Shown: one piece after another, positions 37,014 through 47,569 of the stretch
Layout: each line of letters begins with the position of its first letter
Position numbering within the stretch: position 1 is the stretch's first letter
Origin: an uncultured bacterium
GTDB lineage: Bacteria > Patescibacteriota > Minisyncoccia > Phycocordibacterales > PALSA-1337
Direction of reading: 5' to 3'
Assembly (NCBI GenBank): GCA_903876465.1
Contig: CAIRAF010000065.1
Coordinates: 1-48,160 of the forward strand
Length of the DNA stretch: 48,160 bases
Translations under genes and position numbers: made by a program
The notes under the pieces: model-generated
The model's database searches: none
What the model saw: only the letters and a program-made list of their open reading frames with translations
Told to the model about the DNA's origin: nothing

Positions 37014-39389
37014 ATGGAGACATCACAACACAACACACGTTCGTTAGAGACATGGGCATTTCGTATTTTTGGAGCAACAGTATTTCTTAGTCCAATCATC
37101 TTTTTGCCAGTGAGTTATATACCACTTGAATTGATCAAGACATATCTCATTGTCCTCGGTGTTATGATTTCTCTTGGTTTGTACACCATCATTTTCTATA
37201 AAGAAAAAAGGATACCAGTACCCCCAAGAACTATCACGTATCCTACGATACTCGTTCTTATAGGTGCAATTATTTCTGCACTTGTATCAAGTTCATTTTC
37301 AAACTCTTTCTCTGGAATAGGTACTGAGTTATACACTGTCGGTTTTCTACTAGTACTGTTCGCGGGTTCATATGTATCGTATCTCATAGTCTCACGACGA
37401 CCAGAACGAGCTGTCATCTTGTATACTTATTTGGCTAGTTCATTCCTTGTTCTTGCTCTCATACAGATTGCTAGATTTATTTTAGGTGCTAAAGCGTTTA
37501 CACTCGGTGTTTTGCCTTCTCTGACTTCGACAATACTTGGTGGATGGTATGCACTTTCGGCTTATGCTTTTATTGTTCTTCTTATCATAATAATTGCACT
37601 TATATATTTGCCATTATCTAGTAGGATGAAAGCGATTTATAGTCTTGTTGGAGTACTGGCTTTTGTTGCCATGTTCTTCATCAATGATCCTCGTATTTGG
37701 ACAATATCTGCAATTGTATTTCTTGGCTACGCTCTTTACAGTACTTTTTCAAAGTCTCTCGATTCTCGTTCAATGTCAGCTTGGCTAAAGCGTATATCGT
37801 GGGTGCCTGTCATTGTCTTCATTGTTTCGGCTTTGTTTGTATGGAAAGGGGATTCAATTACAGCACCTGTAACAGCTAAGATCGGTGCTAGTTATTCAGA
37901 ATTACGTTTACCATGGCAAATGACTCTCGATATCGGTGCCAATGTCCTTGAAAATAATCCATTATTTGGTATTGGACCAAATAATTTTACTCAAAGTTAT
38001 CTTACATACAAACCACTCCTCATCAATACAAGTAGTGTCTGGAGTACGGAATTCTCTTCTGGTTCAGGATTTTTGACGACGATTTTTGCAACCGAAGGTT
38101 TTGCCGGTATAGCTACATGGATTTTATTCCTCATCCTTATAGGTGTTGGCGGTGTTAAAGTCTTTCGTCGTTTGCCAACAGATCAGGTTACTAGGTTCGT
38201 CACAGTTTCTTCATATCTAGCATTGGTATCAGGACTCATCTTACTTCTTGTCTCAGTACAGCCTCACGCTATCTTGTTTATAATATTTATTCTTCTGGGT
38301 ATATTCTTTGGTGTTGCGACAACACACAATCTGTTACCAAATTCAGATATAGTATTGAATAAAAATATCAAGAATATTATCTATCCTGCAATTATCGGTG
38401 TATTTGTCCTTGCAGGTATTCTTATTTACACAAAAAATGTGGTTGCTGTTATTGATTATACAAAAGGTGGCTCTGTTTTGAATTCAACGGGGAATGCTGT
38501 AGCCGCTGATAAATACCTGGCCAGCGCCCTCTCATTAAATAATAGTGATATCTTCTGGCGTGGCCGAGCACAGGTTAGTCTCCAAGCAATACAGAATGTT
38601 GCCAATTCCGTCGGTACTTCTACAGACCCAGTTATCATTGCAAATGCAACTTCATCTATAAATGCTCTTCTCGGCCAAGCTCGTAAATACGCTGAAAGTG
38701 CAATTGCGCATGATCCAACCAGTTATTACAACTACATCTCTCTTGCTCGAGTTCTTGACCTGGCAGTCAAATTCAATGTTCCAAATGCCTACAAAGACGC
38801 TCTTGCTAATTACACAGAAGCAGTCAAATACGATCCATATGACCCTGCACTTTATCTAGAAGTTGCACAAGTTCAGGCTTCTAATAATGATATGACTTCT
38901 GCTATTCAGACAATCAATACAGCTTTGCGACTTAAGATAAATTATAGTGATGCTTATGCGCTCCTATTGCAGATATATGTTGCTCAAAATGATACAAAGA
39001 ATGCTCTCGCAACTGCTGAAGCCTCAGTTCAAGTTGATCCAAATAATCCAGTTACACTCTATCAACTTGGTGTCTTGCTCTATACTACGAACGATTATGC
39101 GAATGCGATTACTGTTCTAGAGCGTGCAGTTAAATTGTCACCAAACTATGCAAATGCAGAGTACTTCCTAGGATTATCATATGCCCGCCAAAATAGGACG
39201 GCTGATGCTCTTGCTCAATTCCAAAACATAGAAAAGAGCAATCCAAATAATCAGGATGTAGCTTATATCATCAGTGCTCTCCAGGCCGGCGAATCACTCT
39301 TTGTACCACCTCAAGCGGCAAAAGTGGCTAATACTAGCGCTAAAATGCGTCCAGCAAGTCTTATTAAGTCGAAAGGCCCAATCCAGTAG
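37014..39389 (+). CDS. O-antigen ligase-like (Wzy_C-type) polytopic membrane protein with C-terminal TPR repeats (paralogue of 7427-9739)
   Basis: 791-aa ORF. Many TM segments. Loop motif NPLFGIGPNNF. C-terminal TPR-like repeats (YNYISLARVLD..., AEYFLGLSYARQNRTADALAQFQ...). Confidence 0.7.
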   Translation: METSQHNTRSLETWAFRIFGATVFLSPIIFLPVSYIPLELIKTYLIVLGVMISLGLYTIIFYKEKRIPVPPRTITYPTILVLIGAIISALVSSSFSNSFSGIGTELYTVGFLLVLFAGSYVSYLIVSRRPERAVILYTYLASSFLVLALIQIARFILGAKAFTLGVLPSLTSTILGGWYALSAYAFIVLLIIIIALIYLPLSSRMKAIYSLVGVLAFVAMFFINDPRIWTISAIVFLGYALYSTFSKSLDSRSMSAWLKRISWVPVIVFIVSALFVWKGDSITAPVTAKIGASYSELRLPWQMTLDIGANVLENNPLFGIGPNNFTQSYLTYKPLLINTSSVWSTEFSSGSGFLTTIFATEGFAGIATWILFLILIGVGGVKVFRRLPTDQVTRFVTVSSYLALVSGLILLLVSVQPHAILFIIFILLGIFFGVATTHNLLPNSDIVLNKNIKNIIYPAIIGVFVLAGILIYTKNVVAVIDYTKGGSVLNSTGNAVAADKYLASALSLNNSDIFWRGRAQVSLQAIQNVANSVGTSTDPVIIANATSSINALLGQARKYAESAIAHDPTSYYNYISLARVLDLAVKFNVPNAYKDALANYTEAVKYDPYDPALYLEVAQVQASNNDMTSAIQTINTALRLKINYSDAYALLLQIYVAQNDTKNALATAEASVQVDPNNPVTLYQLGVLLYTTNDYANAITVLERAVKLSPNYANAEYFLGLSYARQNRTADALAQFQNIEKSNPNNQDVAYIISALQAGESLFVPPQAAKVANTSAKMRPASLIKSKGPIQ

Positions 39390-39403
39390 GGTGCAATAGT
39401 CGC

Positions 39404-39432
39404 TTGTCCCGCAATAAAACTCGTGGTATATT
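39404..39432 (+). promoter_or_regulatory. Candidate sigma-70-type promoter for the RRM gene
   Basis: ttgtcc (-35), a 17-nt spacer, then tatatt (-10). About 60 nt upstream of the ATG at 39492. Confidence 0.4.
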
Positions 39433-39491
39433 ACTCGTGCGTATGTTTCTCGTCACAGCGCGTTAGTAATTAATGACGGAGTTAATACAAA

Positions 39492-39743
39492 ATGTCAAAG
39501 AGACTTTTCGTAGGCAGTATTGCCTGGGGTACAACCGATGCCACCCTGAAGAAGCACTTCGAACAGGCTGGTGAGGTAGAGTCAGCAGCAGTTATTATCG
39601 ACAAAATGTCAGGCCGATCAAAAGGTTTTGGCTTCGTCGAAATGGTTAACGATGCTGATGCAGCAACTGCCATCGATAAACTTAATGGTTCAGAACTCGA
39701 CGGTCGCAAGATTGTTGTTTCTGAGGCCCGCCCAAAGCAGTAA
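39492..39743 (+). CDS. RRM-type (RNP-1) RNA-binding protein
   Basis: 83-aa ORF. RNP-2 LFVGSI and RNP-1 KGFGFVEM motifs. Confidence 0.9.
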   Translation: MSKRLFVGSIAWGTTDATLKKHFEQAGEVESAAVIIDKMSGRSKGFGFVEMVNDADAATAIDKLNGSELDGRKIVVSEARPKQ

Positions 39744-39764
39744 TTCCCATTACACTTTTAAGCA

Positions 39765-39799
39765 AAAAATCCCCCAACTTAAAAAGAAGGGGGATTTTT
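39765..39799. terminator. Bidirectional intrinsic terminator
   Basis: aaaaatccccc ... gggggattttt: an 11-bp perfect stem with A/T flanks, between the convergent RRM (+) and LOG (-) genes. Confidence 0.75.
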
Positions 39800-39824
39800 G
39801 TTTACATCATTTTGGTTTTTATAA

Positions 39825-40526
39825 CTAATTAATATTTCTCCACCATTCACTAACTGGTGCTTTCTTGATGATAGCCACAGCATCGTCTATCGAATCAGTA
39901 ATATGGAAAAGAGAAAGGTCACGCTTTTCAATAGTTTGATATTTTTCAATCATTGTTTTTTCTATCATATCTTTGAATGGATTCCAAAAATCTGAATTGA
40001 AGAGTATGACTGGTACATGAGGAATTTTTCCTGTTTGAATAAGAGTAAGAACACTAAATAGTTCGTCAAAAGTACCAAAGCCACCTGGAAAATAAACGTA
40101 AGCTTCAGCGGCAAATGTCAGCATAGTTTTTCTTGAGAAAAAATATGCAAATTTCATTGATCGAGTGACATAAGGGTTAGTCGAGTGTTCGTGAGGCAGA
40201 CTGATATTGAGTCCAACTGAAACACCATTCGCTTCATAGGCACCTTTATTGGCAGCTTCCATGATACCAGGGCCGCCGCCAGTGATGACTGTGTATTTGA
40301 GCTCAGTCACAATACGTCCACCAAGCTCATAAGCTTTCTTGTAGTGTTCACTGTCTCTTCCAGCTAGTGATGAACCAAAAATTGTTACTGATTTTGGATA
40401 TTTTGAGAGAAAATCAAAACCATCAGCGAATTCTCTGTGAATGCGCTCGAGATGCGCTTCGACTTCTTTTTCGTGTATATCAGAACGAATAATTGGATTG
40501 TTGTTTTTATTTTTTTGTGAATTCAT
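39825..40526 (-). CDS. LOG-family (TIGR00730) nucleotide phosphoribohydrolase-like protein
   Basis: 233-aa ORF. GGGPGIMEAANKGA and PGGFGTFDELFSVLTLIQTGK motifs. Confidence 0.85.
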   Translation of the reverse strand: MNSQKNKNNNPIIRSDIHEKEVEAHLERIHREFADGFDFLSKYPKSVTIFGSSLAGRDSEHYKKAYELGGRIVTELKYTVITGGGPGIMEAANKGAYEANGVSVGLNISLPHEHSTNPYVTRSMKFAYFFSRKTMLTFAAEAYVYFPGGFGTFDELFSVLTLIQTGKIPHVPVILFNSDFWNPFKDMIEKTMIEKYQTIEKRDLSLFHITDSIDDAVAIIKKAPVSEWWRNIN

Positions 40527-40535
40527 TGAGAATAG

Positions 40536-41804
<1,269 letters not shown>

Positions 41805-41911
41805 TGTTGATGTCACACTTTAGTCAACTAAAGTGATAAAATGGGGTATATACTACTGTCAGTACTCTAGGTTACTTGTAGTTGAAAAACATATAATTTT
41901 AAATCTAAAAG

Positions 41912-42265
41912 ATGAAAACAAAAAACATTTTTAACCATAATTTAGATAATCAAGATTTCTTTAATTGGAATACTGCAGACGCTAATCGTTTAGTAAAAGC
42001 ACTTCTGATTTCTGCTAAAAACCCTGATACACTTAGAATTTTCATTGATGATCTACTGACAAAAAGTGAAATCAAACTATGTGTTACTCGTTTACATGCC
42101 GTTAATCTAATCATATTGGGCATGCCTTATACTTCCATCGTTCAATTAACTGGTTTAAGTTCAACTACTATAGCCCGGATTTCAAAACAAATATGTAATA
42201 AAAAGGGAGGTTATTACAATACGATACAAAAAATGTATCCTCATGGCATTCGTTACTTTGATTAA
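41912..42265 (+). CDS. TrpR-like YerC/YecD family protein
   Basis: 117-aa ORF. LLTKSEIKLCVTRLHAVNLIILGMPYTSIVQLTGLSSTTIARISK matches the YerC/TrpR-type HTH pattern. Confidence 0.7.
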   Translation: MKTKNIFNHNLDNQDFFNWNTADANRLVKALLISAKNPDTLRIFIDDLLTKSEIKLCVTRLHAVNLIILGMPYTSIVQLTGLSSTTIARISKQICNKKGGYYNTIQKMYPHGIRYFD

Positions 42266-42280
42266 AAGTTTCCTGGCTGC

Positions 42281-43276
42281 TTAAATCTCCTTAACCTTAT
42301 ATTCCTCCGGAGCTCTACTTAACCACCATTCTAGTTGATCCCGAGTCAGTAGACCCTCTTGTGCGCCCACAAACTGTGCTACAGACATAGGATTGACTGG
42401 GGCCCATATAAGGGCTTCGAGAGGGCTATGGCCCAGACACAGGGCAGTTACAAAGGTTGAAGCCCATGCGTCACCACAACCAGTACGTTCAAAAGCTGGT
42501 CTAGGATCAGGATACATCGGCACATGATAATAGTGATCTCCATCAAATAGATAAGCCCCATTTGTATTGTCGGTTATAGCAACCATTTTTGGTCCGTAGT
42601 CTGCAAGCGCTTTCAAAAGCGGCTTGATATCACGAGTCTTTGTTTTCAAAACGCGTTGCGCTTCTTCAACATTTAAAATAAGGAAATCTGTTCGCTTGTA
42701 GATGCGTGCCAATTTATCAAAACCCAATTCCATTTGAAATGTTCCAGGTTGAAAAGCTAACTTAACATTTGGATTTTTCTCAAGATAATCCGCTAGCTCC
42801 ATATGATAATTATAAGTAGTAGAAGCGAGGGAAGTTAAATAAATCCATTTTGGTGCAGGGAATACTGGTAAACGATAATCATAATCAGTATGTTTTACTA
42901 AAATTGTTCGATCGACATCATACCAAAGTACAAAATGATAGTTACTTGGTTTATTCGCATGAACTTTTATGTATTTTGTAACAACTCCATTTTTTTGCAA
43001 TTCTGCCAGGTCATCTTTACCTCCTTGATCAGCCCCTAAGTCAGAGACTAGTGCTGAGCGTAAACCTAGTCGTGCCGCACTAACGGCGGCGTTCGCAGCA
43101 TTACCAACAGCCTTAACCACTTTTACATATTCAAAAGGAATTTTATCTCCAAAGGGCATACAGATTTCACAATCATTTGTATTTACTTTGCAATTTACAT
43201 GAGCGTCCTTGAGACGTATGAATGCATCAGTAGTTGTATCACCTATGGCGAGTATATCAATTTGCTTTTGAAACAT
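42281..43276 (-). CDS. PfkB-family carbohydrate kinase
   Basis: 331-aa ORF. N-terminal ILAIGDTTTDAF and C-terminal TGCGDAWASTF (PfkB signature 2-like). Confidence 0.8.
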   Translation of the reverse strand: MFQKQIDILAIGDTTTDAFIRLKDAHVNCKVNTNDCEICMPFGDKIPFEYVKVVKAVGNAANAAVSAARLGLRSALVSDLGADQGGKDDLAELQKNGVVTKYIKVHANKPSNYHFVLWYDVDRTILVKHTDYDYRLPVFPAPKWIYLTSLASTTYNYHMELADYLEKNPNVKLAFQPGTFQMELGFDKLARIYKRTDFLILNVEEAQRVLKTKTRDIKPLLKALADYGPKMVAITDNTNGAYLFDGDHYYHVPMYPDPRPAFERTGCGDAWASTFVTALCLGHSPLEALIWAPVNPMSVAQFVGAQEGLLTRDQLEWWLSRAPEEYKVKEI

Positions 43277-43294
43277 GGTACAATTATATCATCT

Positions 43295-44158
43295 ATGACA
43301 TTACGTGAACATATCTTGGAAGCAAAAAACAAAGGAATCGCTGTTGGACATTTCAATATTTCCACTCTCGATGGTGTTTGGGCTGTGGCCGATGCAGCCA
43401 AAGGACTCAATGTTCCAGTTATTATTGGTGTTTCTGAAGGAGAGCGTGATTATGTCGGCGTAAAACAGGTGTCACTTATTGTAAAAAGCATTCGTGAAGA
43501 ACGTGGTCAGCCTATTTTCCTCAATGCCGATCATACTTATTCATTTGAAAGAGTTAAAGAAGCTATAGACGCTGGATTTGATGCTGTTATTTTTGATGGC
43601 GCACAGCTTACTTTTGAAGAAAATGTGAGGATTGCAAAGAAGTGCGTTGAATATGCCCGTGCTTCAGGACGAGATGTTTTGGTTGAAGGCGAGCTCGGTT
43701 TTATCGGTACTTCTTCAAAAGTTCTTGATGCTATACCAGATGGTGCAGTTGTCGGTGATGCTGCTATGACCAAACCTGAGGATGCACTTCGATTTGTAAC
43801 TGAAACAGGTGTAGATATGCTTGCTCCAGCTGTCGGCAATATCCACGGCGTTGTACGTGGAGGTGATCCAGCACTTAACACAAAGAGAGTTAAAGAGATT
43901 TCAGATATGGTCAAAATACCACTTGTTTTACATGGTGCTTCCGGTAATTCCGCAAGTGATATTGCAGAATCAGTCAAAAACGGTGTTGCAATAGTGCATG
44001 TCAATACTGAGCTACGTCTTGCATATCGTTCTGGGCTCGTGAAATCGCTGTCAGAGAATCCTGACGAGGTAGCGCCATATAAATTCCTCAAACCAGCCAA
44101 ATTATCCATGCAAAAGGTGGTAGAAGACAAACTTCGAATTGTGAATAACTTTCAGTAG
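43295..44158 (+). CDS. fba: Class II fructose/tagatose-bisphosphate aldolase
   Basis: Start set at ATG 43295 (MTLREHILEAKNKGIAVGHFNIS). Motifs NADHT, LVLHGASG and VHVNTELR. Confidence 0.8.
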   Translation: MTLREHILEAKNKGIAVGHFNISTLDGVWAVADAAKGLNVPVIIGVSEGERDYVGVKQVSLIVKSIREERGQPIFLNADHTYSFERVKEAIDAGFDAVIFDGAQLTFEENVRIAKKCVEYARASGRDVLVEGELGFIGTSSKVLDAIPDGAVVGDAAMTKPEDALRFVTETGVDMLAPAVGNIHGVVRGGDPALNTKRVKEISDMVKIPLVLHGASGNSASDIAESVKNGVAIVHVNTELRLAYRSGLVKSLSENPDEVAPYKFLKPAKLSMQKVVEDKLRIVNNFQ

Positions 44159-44191
44159 TGTGGGTTTTTTGCGTGTTATAATATATATACA

Positions 44192-44410
44192 ATGTCAGAC
44201 ATAGAATTCGAATCAGACAATATGAATTTTATTCGTCGGGGTACTACCGGACCTACTATGGGCGGAGGAGGTAAAAAAGGTATGTCAGGTTGGCTTTTGG
44301 CACATGGATTTGCTGGCTCAGAAAATACCGCGCAGATTATTTTAGTTAGCTTCGTTATTTTCAATTTCCTAGTTTCAATCGTTTTGCTTAAGTATTTTGA
44401 TGTTATTTAA
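44192..44410 (+). CDS. Small membrane protein (polar N-terminus, C-terminal TM)
   Basis: 72-aa ORF. TM segment AQIILVSFVIFNFLVSIVLL. tataat lies 9 nt upstream of the ATG. Confidence 0.45.
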   Translation: MSDIEFESDNMNFIRRGTTGPTMGGGGKKGMSGWLLAHGFAGSENTAQIILVSFVIFNFLVSIVLLKYFDVI

Positions 44411-44549
44411 TAATTAAAAAATATAATGAGTACAAAAAAAATTAAAGTTCAATTACCAATGTCAACGACTGTATTATTGTACGTAAGTGCCATTTCAAAT
44501 TTCATTGCAACTTACATTATTATTAAATCTTTTCTTTGGCAATAATTTT

Positions 44550-45143
44550 ATGTCTAAAAATAACAAAGGAGGTTTTACTCTTATTGAATTGATGGTCGTG
44601 ATTTCCATTATCGCTCTCCTGTCATCTGTTGTCTTGGCATCACTACAAAGTGCAAAAAAGAGGAGTAATGACGCTACGGTCAGACAAGAATTACTTCAAG
44701 TTCGCAGTTGGATGGAACTCCAAAGGGATACAAATGGATCATATGCAAACGCTTTTGGTGCCACAGCTCTAGGTTCCGCTGTACAGACTACCGATGGTGT
44801 AAATGGTGTCAATTATTTTGCCTTTGGGCCTACGTCTGGTGTTAGTGGTGGTGTAACTACAAATCTATGTAGTACAATCAATGATACACAATTAAAAAAT
44901 GTCTGTACTGATATTGTGAAAAATAGCGCTAATGCAACTATCCCTGTATTACTCATAGGCGGGCCACAGACGACATGGGCTACACATAATCAGTATTCTA
45001 TCCAAGCACAGGTTCCATCTACAGTTCAGTCAAACCAACTTTCCACTTGTCTAGGTAGTAGTAACAATACATCATCAAATAACGATGATCTCGGTTCCGG
45101 AAGTTATTTGTTTTCTGGCACTGGTTGTCTAGCCAATCCATAA
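44550..45143 (+). CDS. Type IV pilin-like protein (prepilin-type N-terminal cleavage/methylation domain)
   Basis: From ATG 44550: MSKNNKGG/FTLIELMVVISIIALLSSVVLASL, the class III signal (G|FTLIE). Cys residues in the C-terminal half. Confidence 0.85.
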   Translation: MSKNNKGGFTLIELMVVISIIALLSSVVLASLQSAKKRSNDATVRQELLQVRSWMELQRDTNGSYANAFGATALGSAVQTTDGVNGVNYFAFGPTSGVSGGVTTNLCSTINDTQLKNVCTDIVKNSANATIPVLLIGGPQTTWATHNQYSIQAQVPSTVQSNQLSTCLGSSNNTSSNNDDLGSGSYLFSGTGCLANP

Positions 45144-45237
45144 GATAACTATATAATATCTAGCCTGGAAGCTTTACTTATTTCTATGGCCGTGTATAAT
45201 GGTCGCTACATTCCTAACAGATATTTAATTGACTATT

Positions 45238-45924
45238 ATGCTCTCACTAACAGTAGAAAAACGCAAAATTGTGGGTAAATTGGACGAAGTACGTGATGCT
45301 GGCCTTATGCCTGCAGTCTTTTATGGTCCAAAAGAAGCTTCAACATCAGTCTCTGTTCCTCTTTCTGATTTTAAGAAAGTTTGGAAGAAAGCAGGAAAAT
45401 CATCAGTTATCATCTTGAAGGACGGCAATACTGAACACGAAGCACTTATTCATGAGGTAGACATTCATCCACTTTCAGGCGAGCCTCGTCATGCTGATTT
45501 TTATGTTATTGAAAAGGGTAAAAAAATCAGTGTTCACGTTCCGCTTATATACGTTGGTGTTTCTCCAGCAGTAAAGGATAAGGGTGGTATTATCGTTAAG
45601 GTTCATCGTGAAGTTGAAGTTGAGGCAGCTCCTCGCGATCTTCCACATGAGCTTACTATCGATATTTCAAAGCTTGTTGAATTTTCAGATGTTATACACG
45701 CAAAGGACATTGTTCTTCCAAAGGGTGTAGATCTCAAGATCAATCCAGAGGAAGTTGTCACTTCTGTTTCTGAACCACGTGAAGAGAAGGAAGAAGCTCC
45801 AACAGCAATTGATATGTCAGCCATCGAAGTCGAAACAAAGGGCAAGGAAGTTAAAGAAGGTGAAGAAGGCGCTGCTCCAGCAGGTGATACCAAGGATGCA
45901 AAGAAGGCTCCAGAAAAGAAATAA
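45238..45924 (+). CDS. rplY: 50S ribosomal protein L25 / general stress protein Ctc
   Basis: MLSLTVEKRKIVGK..VRDAGLMPAVFYG. Long form with a charged E/K-rich C-terminal tail. Start set at ATG 45238. Confidence 0.85.
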   Translation: MLSLTVEKRKIVGKLDEVRDAGLMPAVFYGPKEASTSVSVPLSDFKKVWKKAGKSSVIILKDGNTEHEALIHEVDIHPLSGEPRHADFYVIEKGKKISVHVPLIYVGVSPAVKDKGGIIVKVHREVEVEAAPRDLPHELTIDISKLVEFSDVIHAKDIVLPKGVDLKINPEEVVTSVSEPREEKEEAPTAIDMSAIEVETKGKEVKEGEEGAAPAGDTKDAKKAPEKK

Positions 45925-45944
45925 TTTACATAATAAAAGTCAAC

Positions 45945-45974
45945 CAAAAAAGCTCCAGAAATGGAGTTTTTTTG
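45945..45974 (+). terminator. Intrinsic terminator after rplY
   Basis: aaaaaagctcca-gaaa-tggagttttttt. Stem with a GAAA loop and a T-run. Confidence 0.6.
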
Positions 45975-45988
45975 CTATAATACTGCTA

Positions 45989-47359
45989 ATGAATCAACGA
46001 TATAGTAATTTTCTTATTGGTCTAATTGTTTTCTGCGTACCAGTCTTTGTACATGCCCAGACTTCTGCTACTCCACAATGTAATACGGCCGCTGAAAAAG
46101 CCGCGTGTCAGGTCCTTCTCCAGCAGACTTTGGACGAAGAAGCCCAAGCTCAACAACAACTTACTGCGGCTCAAGGGCAGAGCGCTTCATTATCTCAGGC
46201 TATTGCCGTCCTTACTGCAAAAATAAAAAAGGCTCAGCTTGATATAAAAGCAGAAAATCTATTAATTCAAACTCTTGGCAATGATATTCAGGATAAAACC
46301 AAACACATTGTTGATTTACAATCACATGTCGATAAAGGTAAACAAACACTAGGTGATCTTCTTAGAAAAACTCATGAAATAGACGCTTATTCATTACCTG
46401 AAGTATTATTATCTCAATCAACTGTGGCCGGATTCTTTAGTGATGTTGATGCTTTCGATTCTCTACAGCAAAGTCTCGAAAATACATTTACCATGTTACG
46501 AGCTGATGAAGCTTCAACGTCCGCAGAAAAAGATGCTTTGACTGCTCGTCAGAATAAAGAAATGGATGCTAAGTATGCCATCCAACAGCAGGAAAGTGCT
46601 ATTGCAGCTGATCAGAAACAACAAACCCAGCTTCTTTCTATTAGTAAGGGAAATGAGAAGGCTTACAATTCCCTCGTAGCGCAGAAGGCGGCTGCGGCTG
46701 GCCAAATTCGTGCAGCACTTTTTAACCTCGCTGGTGGTTCAAATCCTATTCCTTTCGGAACAGCACTTCAGTATGCACAATCTGCTTCCACTAAGACGGG
46801 TGTACCTCCAGCATTCTTGTTAGCTATCTTAAAGCAGGAGTCGAATCTCGGTGGCAATGTTGGGAAATGTTATCTTACTAATGCCAATACTGGGGCAGGT
46901 GTATATGTCACCAATGGTACGGTAGTTTCGAATGTTATGAAGCCTGGTCGTGATGTGCCAATATTCTTAAATATCACCAAATCTCTTGGGTTAGATCCAT
47001 ATCAGACAGTTGTTTCTTGTCAGTTGGGAGGCTTGGGCTGGGGTGGTGCTATGGGTCCAGCACAATTTATCCCATCAACATGGACATTGTTGAGTGATCG
47101 AGTCGGCACCGCTCTAGGTATATCTGATACTCCAAATCCATGGAATCCTGCACATGCAATCATGGCAGAAGCTCTGTTTATGGAAGATCTTGGGGCTAAT
47201 TCGTCAAGCTATACTGCTCAAAAGAATGCGGCTTGTAAGTATTATTCTGGACAAGCTTGCGGATATGTCAGTGGTGCGACGTCGTACGGTAACAGTGTTC
47301 TCAATCTTGCGTATTTCAATAGTAATAGTATTCAGTCGCAGATTGATCAGTTACAGTAG
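45989..47359 (+). CDS. Secreted coiled-coil protein with C-terminal lytic-transglycosylase-like (SLT) domain
   Basis: Start set at ATG 45989 (MNQRYSNFLIGLIVFCVPVFVHAQ signal). The N-terminal half is Q/A/L-rich and coiled-coil-like. The C-terminal half has LLAILKQESNLGG (catalytic Glu context) and GAMGPAQFIPSTW. Confidence 0.7.
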   Translation: MNQRYSNFLIGLIVFCVPVFVHAQTSATPQCNTAAEKAACQVLLQQTLDEEAQAQQQLTAAQGQSASLSQAIAVLTAKIKKAQLDIKAENLLIQTLGNDIQDKTKHIVDLQSHVDKGKQTLGDLLRKTHEIDAYSLPEVLLSQSTVAGFFSDVDAFDSLQQSLENTFTMLRADEASTSAEKDALTARQNKEMDAKYAIQQQESAIAADQKQQTQLLSISKGNEKAYNSLVAQKAAAAGQIRAALFNLAGGSNPIPFGTALQYAQSASTKTGVPPAFLLAILKQESNLGGNVGKCYLTNANTGAGVYVTNGTVVSNVMKPGRDVPIFLNITKSLGLDPYQTVVSCQLGGLGWGGAMGPAQFIPSTWTLLSDRVGTALGISDTPNPWNPAHAIMAEALFMEDLGANSSSYTAQKNAACKYYSGQACGYVSGATSYGNSVLNLAYFNSNSIQSQIDQLQ

Positions 47360-47569
47360 GGATACTTAGAGGGAAAGTAAGGGGGGGCAGTTTTTTGTGC
47401 AGTATCATTTGGAGGTCATTCGAAATATTGTTTTTGTCTAAATGCGAAACATGGTCTAATGTATACCTGGTTTAGCCCTGATTAGTAGATATATTTTCTA
47501 GATTCGCATTTAATTAAAATTGATTTTTGGGATGTGTCAGAAAACATCTAATATTTAATTATAAATTAA

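Noticed and set aside
41816-41835. Hairpin cacttta-gtcaac-taaagtg after the tgt stop as a terminator.
   Set aside because: The 7-bp stem is AT-rich and has no following T-run, which is too weak to call.
43199-43294. Upstream ATG for the aldolase ORF (32 extra residues).
   Set aside because: It would overlap the divergent PfkB gene by 78 nt. The extra residues (MSVLETYECISSCITYGEYINLLLKHGTIISS) do not resemble aldolase N-termini, whereas MTLREHILEAK.. does.
43537-44130. 197-aa minus-strand ORF opposite the aldolase gene.
   Set aside because: The plus-strand frame carries clear class II aldolase motifs. The antisense product is S/T/P/A-rich with no recognisable motif, so it is a typical shadow ORF.
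45755-45988. N-terminal extension of the lytic-transglycosylase-like ORF overlapping rplY by 170 nt.
   Set aside because: The extension is a K/R/Q-rich out-of-frame read of the L25 tail. A terminator (45945-45974) lies between the genes, and a good signal peptide begins at ATG 45989.
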